Shown here: one piece after another, positions 54,586 through 64,000 of the stretch | Layout: each line of letters begins with the position of its first letter | How positions within the stretch are numbered: position 1 is the stretch's first letter | NCBI GenBank assembly: GCA_964016885.1 | Contig: OZ024742.1 | Location: forward strand, 188,852,001-188,916,000 | DNA length: 64,000 nucleotides | Reading direction: 5' to 3' | Source: Eledone cirrhosa | Taxonomy: Eukaryota | Notes under the pieces: model-generated | What the model was told of the DNA's origin: nothing | What the model saw: the letters and a program-made list of their open reading frames with translations, nothing else | Databases searched by the model: none | Translations under genes and position numbers: made by a program

Positions 54586-57003
54586 TATGATATAATGACG
54601 TTATATCACATATCGCTTATATAAACGGTCATATATTTGCATCGTTCATAATGATTATATTCGTCGATAATTTTCTGCTTAGTTTTCATTACATTCCACT
54701 GTAATGCAGTTTATATATAATATAGTCTTTTTTAAATATATCATGGATTACTTTACTGATTACAGAAGAGAGTGTAACACAGTCTCTCTATAATTTCTGT
54801 GAATATTTTCAATTACGATTCTATTTGATGTATCATATCTACATGAATGTATATTTGCGTTTAATATCAATATGCACACTACACATAATAGGAGAAATCC
54901 ACACGAAGGGTGGTTTTTGTGCTAGTATAGATAATCATGCATAGATTCATACATATACGTGAGAGAGCATGGGTGGGTCAGATGTGTGTAAAACAGTGGC
55001 ATATATGTGTGTGCATATGTATGTGCTTATGTATGTACTTGTATGTATGTATGCATGTCTATTTCTGCACAAGATACTTCTTAATACAAACCAATCTCAA
55101 ACAACTCAAAATATCAACCCGGGTTCCCTTGAAAAGATCTACCAAAATATGAACCTCTAATATTCTATTTTGCTAAAAATCGTTCATTTTTACTGGACCA
55201 AGCGTCTCGATCAGCTCTTTATATATCCTTTATATTTATCTTAATTGCAATACGGGCATAAGTTTCGATAAATATTTTGCCCACCCCCAGACACAGCACA
55301 CACCATTTCAAAAATGAAGCTTCAATTTCCTGCTTCTTGCTATTCAATAGAGGCGAGGGGGAAATTGTTACCAGTAGCGAAAGAAAGATGAGAGGATATT
55401 AATTTCCCCTCGGAACATTTCATTTGATGGGCATTTGAAATATTAATAGCAGTAATGATAATTTCTATAATACTACATTTATTAGAGATTGATGCCATAG
55501 CAGGCGCAGAAACCGCTGTAATTATGACGAATATATGTAGAAAATATATGACAACTCTTTCAGAGTATCAATTTCAAACCTTTTTACATCCATTCTATAA
55601 CACAGTGTTGTTTTTTTTAGCAGAAATACGCTGTACAAAATAACTATTTTCAATTAAAAAAATGGCGAGGCAGATACATAGATATAATTACTTGATATTA
55701 CAAAAATCTCACCGTATGCAACGATGTTCATTAATGTAATAAGGGACACAATTCTCAAAATATATTATAACTGAATATACGTTTTGGTAAAATATTTTCT
55801 TTAGGGTTGTGTTATATATTCAAAGGACTATTTTGTTAGATCATATTGTTATCCCTATCAATTTTCTAATTATTACATTCATACACTGTTAATTAATTAT
55901 TCCCTACATTCTATATTTTTTTCATTGCTACAAATCGTTTGTCACTAGGTGTTCATAAAAAGCTACATAATATGTATCTTTTCCCTATATCATGCGAGTC
56001 TATATGTCCTTGTTGTCTTGTCGCTGTTGCATAGTTTCCCTCCAGCTTCAACTGAAAAGGTATCTACTTTCAATTGCTCATCTGCACCGCCACGCTCTAG
56101 ATGAATTCATCTGACATATATTTGAATCAAATCCTCTCCAAAGACGATGTAAACAGCGAAGAGAAGAAGTTAAAACATGGCATTGCCTGATTAAGCTGGA
56201 TCTTATGCTAATACCTCGTTCACACATATATGGGGTCACCACTGAAATGATGACTGACTGACAATATCCATTTCGGATGTTTGTGATTGCCGTGCATAGG
56301 TTGCTTCTTATTGCGATGATGTGAATTGTCTACTGACCACTGAATTACGTATAAATAAAATAGAGTTTACCATGGGGTTTATTTACGCACGAAGTGTTGT
56401 TAAAACTGGTGTTGATTTTATGCACCGTCAGCCCGATACTATGGCGGAATTTATTTACTCAACGTGCCGGATAGTGAGATTGAACAAAGAACCCGTGGTG
56501 GTGACCACATTTGCACCCTAAACAATATCAGTTTTAGCAATTCAAAGAAATGAAAATTTTCAAGAAAATCGAGCCAATTACCTAAATGCTATTGTATTCG
56601 ACTCTCTGTGGGATTCAAGCACATTAAAAAACTTCAGTATAAATACATGAATAGATACACGTTTATATTGTGTTGATAAAAAATAGCAGAACTTGATGAA
56701 TTACAAATAGGGTTAATGCACATATAAAACTGACATTTTTATATACGTATTTTTAGATAATCCAATATATTTCTAGTTTCTAATGCACTACCTATTTATA
56801 CAAATGCACTTACAATTCTTTATAGATACGTTCATCATATTAACAAACACAAAATCAAATACATGGACGAACACATGGAGTCAGTGAAGAATTGTTCTAA
56901 AGTAAAGCGATTGGAATGAGTTGAAAAGCATGAAATAGGTTATCATAGAGCAACCAATATAACATTACTGTGTCTCGAATAAAATGCGTTTGTTATTTTC
57001 TTA

Positions 57004-57196
57004 AGGGTGGTGGATTGGCAGTATCGGTAGAGGGTCGGACGCCATGTTTTCCAGCGTAGTTACGTCCCTTTACGATCTGAGTTCAAATCCCGCCGAGGTT
57101 GACTTTGCTTTTCATCCTTACGGGGTCGATAAAATAAAGTACCAGTAATGCACCGGGTAATTGCTGGCCTTGTGCCTAAAGTAGAAACAGTTATTT
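57004..57196 (+). mobile_element. tRNA-derived SINE
   Basis: Near-full copy of 40518-40735. Confidence 0.85.
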
Positions 57197-57364
57197 TCTT
57201 AAGTAGATTTAGAGCAAATGATAGCATATGATGGTAGTGTACAAAGTCGATAACACCTTGGGTAAGCTTCAGCTAACAAAATTAATGTAAGGTCATTTAG
57301 ATAAGGTTGGAATTGACTAAGTAGAACGGAATTGAGGCACTTTTTATATGTATACATACATATT

Positions 57365-57436
<72 letters not shown>

Positions 57437-57674
57437 TCGCTCGCACACACACACACACACACATACATTATTAGTACAGATTAAAGTTTAAGCAAAGAAT
57501 ATATATGTGTGTGTGATTGACGTAACCAACACGGGGGGGGGGGGGGGGCTAAAGGTGATCACTAATATAGATTCATAGGTGTACTTGTGTGTGTGTTTGT
57601 GTATATTCCAATGCACACATGTGAGCACACCTAACCTTGTATATAAAGGCTGTCTGAAGTCAGAATGTTCATTA

Positions 57675-57890
57675 CACCCGTTTCTGGCGTGAAGCGACTG
57701 AGAGTACAAGATTCCCCGTTGGACAGGACGTCAGTCCATCGCAGTGTTAAATCAGCTATTGCTGCTATTCATTTTCAGCTGAGTATACTGGAGAAACGTG
57801 AAATGAAGTGTTTTGCTCAAGAACACAATACGCAACCCAGGAATCGAACCCATAACATTATGATCGTAGACCACATGCCTCCATGTTAAC
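57675..57890 (-). mobile_element. Decayed SINE
   Basis: Homologous to 24930-25180. Confidence 0.6.
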
Positions 57891-57894
57891 CTTG

Positions 57895-57929
<35 letters not shown>

Positions 57930-58760
57930 TTAATACAATAACAAAGATAGTTTAAAGCTAATCTCTGACTGGTAACCATCTCACTCAACAAAAATTAGGT
58001 TATATTTTAATATAAACCCAATTTAAGTGTTTGGAGTGCTAACAATATGTATTATGTGGAAAAGCCAGTTGTATTATTTTATGAGATATAATTAAAGTTA
58101 AAATATATCTCTCTTTCCAAACAATTGTTTCATTATAAGTTTTCTACAAATTCGGAGAATATTTCCAGTTTATGTAGAAGCCTAATATACATTCATGTAA
58201 GAATATATTTAGGTGGGCGTTTATAAATCATCAGTGGAAGCCCAATAAACTTTGATATAAGAAAAACATTTCTTACCACAGTTAAAAATCGCGTCTGTTA
58301 AGTAGCTCCTTCCCGCATCGAATGACCGGCAAATTTGAAATTCCAGCAGTTTTTGACTGAGGAAGTATTATAGCGTCACTAAGCGGGAAGGGGAGACAAC
58401 TACGATCCACGAAAGGAGGAAAAAAAATAATATACACGCGGGTTAATCAGTTTTTCGAAAACATTATCAATCCAACGTGTTAAGAACTCAATTGAAATTA
58501 AAAAAATGAATATATGCGTGTATAAATTACACACGCATATAGATATTTTCTTAGGCTAAAAACAGAGGTTGTACCTGAATAAGGAACCGCATCTCGTAAC
58601 CGTAGTAAATACGGAAAGTTATTCTTTAAAGGGCAAATGGCAATGTAAATCTCCGGCCGAATTAAGAGTAAAATATAAAACACACGCGGGTTAATTAGTT
58701 ATTTCAAAACTAATATCAATTCCTCGTGTAAAGAACTCAATTAATTATATATATACATAT

Positions 58761-58791
<31 letters not shown>

Positions 58792-59679
58792 CGTATATAT
58801 TTATATATATATATATATATATATATAAATGTAAATATGCATGCATGTATACGTGCATACATATATGTATACAGACGTACAGTAGTATGTATATATATAT
58901 ATACATACATGCACACATATATATATGCACGTATCGGTTTACCGAACATTTATTATAATGTATATATATATATATATTTATATATAGGTACGTCATTCCG
59001 GGTTGAATCGGAGGTGACCACAGTAAGTAAGGTACTCAATATATAGCAGAGTATAAACATTTTAATATGCACAAAATATGCACAAAAAGCCCGATGGCTA
59101 AAAAGACTCCACTTCTTTTTTTAACGCCAGCCGACAAAATAGCCCCTCTACCACCTTCCCAACCCACGCCTACCCCTCCACAACCTGAAACACGGCCACT
59201 ATGGTTATGTAAGTACCTCTTACCTATGTGCATTTTTTGCTTGTAGAGCTGTTTTTATGTGCCTGTGTATATGCGTATATTTATGAGTACATATGTGTAT
59301 GTATTTGTATGAGAGGTTGTTCGTTTGTATGCATATCGCTGTGTGTAGGAACGTTCACATGTCATCAATGCGTGTATGTTTATATGTATGTATATATGTA
59401 TTTGTGTATACGTGTGTGTGTATATGTGTGTATATATATATGTATGTATATATATATATATGTGTATATATATATGTATATATATGTATATATGTATATG
59501 TATATGTATGTATATGGGTATATATATGCATATATATATATATATGTATGTATATATATATATATGTATATATATATATGTATATGTGTATTTGTATGTA
59601 TGTATATGTATGTGCGTATGTATATATATATATATATATATATATACATACGCACATACATATACATACATACAAATAC

Positions 59680-59730
<51 letters not shown>

Positions 59731-59841
59731 CATATACATATACATATATGTACACATAAACACATACAGACACATACACACATATACACATACATATACA
59801 CATACATATATATCCATATACATATATATTCACATACATAT

Positions 59842-59882
<41 letters not shown>

Positions 59883-59962
59883 CATACACATACACATACA
59901 AGTACATACATACACACATACATACATACACATACATGTACATACATACATATATATATATA

Positions 59963-60388
59963 TAGAATATTGTAATAAGGCCAAGACAATGCAGATATGG
60001 ACATAGAAAAAAGAATGCAATAGTGAAAGATATTGATGTGAATTCGTCTTTCACCTTGAATTTATTTAAATGTCCTTAATTTTCGAGATAATATCTCTGC
60101 TTCGGAGGGAAGTAAATGTCTCAATCCAGCGTCATTTGAAGCCATTGGCTTCATTAGAGATTTAAAGACGCTGGACTGAGACCTTTACTTCCCTCCGAAG
60201 CAGAGATATTATCTCGAAAATTAAGGACATTTAAATAATTCAAGGTGAAAGACGAATTCACATCAATATCTTTCACTATTGCATTCTTTTTTCTATGTCC
60301 ATATCTGCATTGTCTTGGCCTTATTACACATATTCTAACGTTTATACCTCATTACACAATGCTTCAAGTGAACTATAACCTCCTCCCA
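59963..60388. mobile_element. Fold-back element with ~170-bp arms and ~50-nt one-sided tail
   Basis: 59963-60133 inverted at 60165-60338; (TA)n flanks. Confidence 0.8.
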
Positions 60389-60481
60389 TATATATATATA
60401 TATACACATATACATACATACATATATACATATATATACACACATATATATACACATACATATAAACATACATATATATCC

Positions 60482-60530
<49 letters not shown>

Positions 60531-60593
60531 TATACAAACATAACACATACATACATGTACATATGCACATATATACACACATACACACATACA

Positions 60594-60663
<70 letters not shown>

Positions 60664-60875
60664 TCCATACATATATATATACACACATCCATACATATAT
60701 ATATACACACACACACACATACACACACCCACATACATATATACCCACACGTACATACATCCATACATCTCTACATACACATATGTGTGTGTCTCACCGT
60801 TCACTCAGATATTCATGTGTATACATAAGAAGGAGGGGGGGTTAGTGAAATGGAATTTTACCTCCGAGTGTTAAT

Positions 60876-61258
60876 TTATTTTTTCGTATTCAGTAGTGGT
60901 TTAAATTTTTCAATGAAGAATTCTTCTTTATATCTGCGGAAATGTTCGGTATCCGACCATATCTTGAAGAAAGGGAAGATTGTGAATTTTCCCTTCCCGC
61001 ATGATGCAAAGTGTGCGCTACATGTGGTATTTCTGACTGTGGGGTCTTTAATTTGTTGTTTATGTACTCGGACTCTATCATGTAGTCCCGTTCCGGTTTC
61101 CCCAATGTAATACTCTTTACACTGTGGACATGTTGCGCAATATATTAGGTTTTTCGTTTTACAGTTCATGTTAGCATTGACCTTGTAATTATCATGGTTT
61201 TTGAAGGATAACTGTTTGCCCTCTTCGATGAGTTCACAGGTTCCACATCTAGGGTCCC
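60876..61258 (-). CDS. GIY-YIG endonuclease domain (frameshifted continuation of RT)
   Basis: LIYCATCPQCKEYYIGETG.LHDRVRVHK...RRYKEEFFI..FKPLLN. Confidence 0.92.
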
Positions 61259-63200
61259 CGGCATTTCGTCACTTGCATTGATTCCATGTTGGTCGTAAAT
61301 TTTGCCTTGGTAATTAGTTTTTTAAGGTTGGGTGCTTGGCGTCTGCTATAAATTATCTGTGTGTTTTTTAAGAGTGCATTCATTTTGGTAGATTGCTGTA
61401 GAATCGGGAGATACTGCTTAGCAGTTTTCACAATGTTGATGTTCCCTGGGTTGTGAGTGATGACAAAAGAGATAGCAGGGTTTTCTTTTTTATGTTGTGG
61501 GTTTGGTTTTCTCAGTGTTGTTATTGGGATGTTCTTAGCCTTGGAGATGGCTGCGTTGATGAGTTTCATTGGGTATTCTTGTTTTTTAAGGAATTTTTTC
61601 AGGTCACATAATCTTTTTTCTTGTAGTACGGGGTGTGTTGCTATAGTGCAGATGCGCCTTGCCATGTTGAAGGGAATGTTCCTTTTCGTATGTGAGGGGT
61701 GTGCTGACCGGAAATTTAAGTATTGGTGTGTGTCAGTGGGTTTGCAAAATAGGTCCGTTATGATATTTTCCCCTTCTTTAATGATGAGGATATCTAGAAA
61801 GGGCAGTTCTTTTTCGTTACATTCCATAGTGAATTGTATAGCATCATGAAGCCTGTTTAGGATCGAATAAAATTTTTGTAGGTCTGTTTGGCTTCTGTTC
61901 CAGAAGATGAAGCAGTCATCTAGGTAACGTTTCCAGTTTTTATTAATGTAGAAGGCGAAGTCGTGACTGAATGTTATCTGTAGTTGGGAATATAATTTTG
62001 CCTCTAAGTGACCCATAACGAGCGTTGCATATGTAGGGGCCACTTTGGTACCCATGGCTGTTCCTTTTATTTGTAGATAAAGTTCGTTGTCATAGAGGAA
62101 GTGGTTGTTTTCCAATACTAATTTAAGTCCTTCCAAGATGAATTCTTTGGGGAATCTTTCTGAAATGTGACTTGAGTGTTTTGTAATCCAGAAGTCCACA
62201 GCTTCAATCCCTAGGTCGTGTGGGATGTTAGTGTACAGGCTTATTACATCAAAACTGACTAGGATGGTATCCTGGTGTACTTTTTGGGGGATATAGTTAA
62301 GGAATTCCATATCATCTCTGATGTAGCTTGGAACTTTTTTACATAGGGGTTTGAGTATGATGTCTAATAGGTTGCTTAGACGTTGTGTGCTTGAGGCTGG
62401 GCCAGCAATAATGGGGCGTAATTTTAAGTCTGTCGGTTTTGGCGCTTCGATGTATGATGTATTTTTCCCTTTTATGTTGTTTTGGATTTCTATAGATTTG
62501 TGAATTTTTTGTAATCCATAGAAATTGCTGGTTTTCATTTCGAAGTTGGTTAGGTAATCTACTTCTTTTGGTGTTAGGTTGTTTTGGTACTTTGTTGTTA
62601 GTTTGCCTATTTGGTTCCTCGATTTCCTTTCTTCGTTTTTAGTGATATTCCTGTAGAAGTTTTCGTCATTCAAGTGTGCTAGGACCATAACTTTGTAGTG
62701 GTTTGTGTCCATGATGACGATTGCTCCACCTTTGTCCGCTTCTTTTATTATTATTGAGGAATCTCTTTGTAGCTTGTTCAATGCTAGTAGTTGGTATGTA
62801 GGGATGTTGCATTTGTGTTTCGTCTCGGCCGTATTTGTATGTGCTGATCGGCGAAGGCAGGTTATGTATTCCTCCAGGTATTTATCTCTATTTAGCGGGG
62901 ATGTGAAGTTCTTTTTGTTTTTCACCAGTGATTCTTCCTCGTATTGTACATCCTGGAAGAATTCTCCTAAGCGTAATTTTCGACAGTATTCTTCTGTGTC
63001 TTTTATAACATCGGCTGTATCTGCTTTCGGAGTGGGAGTGAACTTCAGTCCATTTTCTAACAGTTGTATTTCTGGTTGTTTTAATTTCTTGGCTGATATA
63101 TTGATTATTTTTGGTTCGATTGGTTCTTTCTCGTCAGGTGCCACTTGAAAGGTGGTGCTTTTTTCTTTTTTTCTTTCATTTGGTGCGAGGCCCCTAGTCC
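61249..63200 (-). CDS. PLE reverse transcriptase (no own ATG upstream of conserved motifs)
   Basis: IINIS...L..GLKFTP, IIKEADKGGAIVIM, LRPIIAG, GTAMG, WKRYLDD; a 1-nt insertion at ~61260 separates it from the endonuclease. Confidence 0.93.
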
Positions 63201-63740
63201 TAAAAAATGGGTGCCATTTGGGATAGGGGTGTTTCTGTTGTGGTGAAACCTTTGGCCCGCCGGAACTTCATGTCGGTAACTGGTTGGGCGATAGACTCTT
63301 GCGTGGCCGTTGCTGTATGGGGGTCTGGTTCTTCTGTTGATTCGTTCAGTATTCATGTGTCTTTGATTTTGTCTCCGGTGATTGTTCTTGGTGTTATGGC
63401 AGTGGTTGTATCTGGTTCTGGTGTTGAGTATTGGGTCTGTATGTAGTTGTGTGTTTGGGGTTACCCAATATCTGGTTGTTGTTGGTTTATTGTGTGGGGG
63501 TGCTTCATTTCTTGTGTTGTTGTATTTTCCTGAGTTCTGGGGTTTCCTATGGGTTTGTTTTCTGGGTTTTATTTGGTCTTTCCCATAGTTATCTTCATAT
63601 TCTTGAAACCATTGAGTTCTTGACTCCAAGATTTTCTTTGATTTTAACTCCTCTCTAGTTGTATCTGTCTGCCATAGGTTAAGGAGTTTTTCACGTATAT
63701 TGCCGATGCTTCTTTTGTTATTGATTTTGTGTTGAGAATG
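63105..63740 (-). CDS. Upstream ORF of Neptune-like PLE (5'-truncated; helical Trp-containing part then basic low-complexity region)
   Basis: Frame open from ~63740 ([45 protein letters not shown]...) to stop at 63105, overlapping the RT frame. Confidence 0.6.
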   Translation of the reverse strand, partial: HSQHKINNKRSIGNIREKLLNLWQTDTTREELKSKKILESRTQWFQEYEDNYGKDQIKPRKQTHRKPQNSGKYNNTRNEAPPHNKPTTTRYWVTPNTQLHTDPILNTRTRYNHCHNTKNNHRRQNQRHMNTERINRRTRPPYSNGHARVYRPTSYRHEVPAGQRFHHNRNTPIPNGTHFLGLGASHQMKEKKKKAPPFKWHLTRKNQSNQK

Positions 63741-63757
63741 GTATGTGTATATGTATG

Positions 63758-63838
<81 letters not shown>

Positions 63839-64000
63839 ATGTATGTGTGTATTTATGTATATATGCCCATGTGGAGGTATGAGTACATATTCGTGTGTGT
63901 ACGTATGTGTATGTGTGTTTTTATATGTGTCTCTATATGTTTTTGTGTATGTATGTGGATGTATTTGTACATGGGTGTGTGATTGATGGTGTGTGCCTAT

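Larger units (their letters stand above)
60390..64000 (-). mobile_element. Near full-length Neptune-like PLE with inverted pLTR starting at ~63743 (runs off window)
   Basis: Upstream ORF + RT + GIY-YIG; nearly identical to 14660-16298. Confidence 0.92.

Overview
AT-rich, microsatellite-saturated animal genomic DNA. The SINE types and (TA)n/(CA)n density suggest an octopus or other cephalopod, but that is inference. No intact host protein-coding exon can be supported, and nearly all ORF-track entries are simple-repeat artefacts. The window is dominated by retroelements. (1) Penelope-like elements (PLEs; RT plus C-terminal GIY-YIG) of two types, Naiad-like and Neptune-like, plus many short non-coding derivatives. 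Almost all sit inside (TA)n tracts and have asymmetric inverted termini. (2) About 13 type-I hammerhead ribozyme (HHR) motifs in these PLE termini, several with non-canonical cores. (3) A decayed full-length Tx1/L1-type LINE, three extra 3' fragments and an R4/Dong-type fragment, all nested in (ATT)n tracts beginning at a SINE tail. (4) tRNA-derived SINEs, two non-autonomous Helitrons and Tc1/mariner MITEs. The most novel-looking signals are a covarying 'tail' hairpin (ACTC...GAGTRCT) just beyond the short-arm end in about 8 otherwise dissimilar PLE-type families, fold-back junctions centred on hammerhead parts, and a U_UUU_UUA -1 slippery site joining an upstream ORF to the ATG-less RT ORF of a Neptune-like PLE. 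There is also a candidate recursive splice site. All alignments and folds were done by eye.
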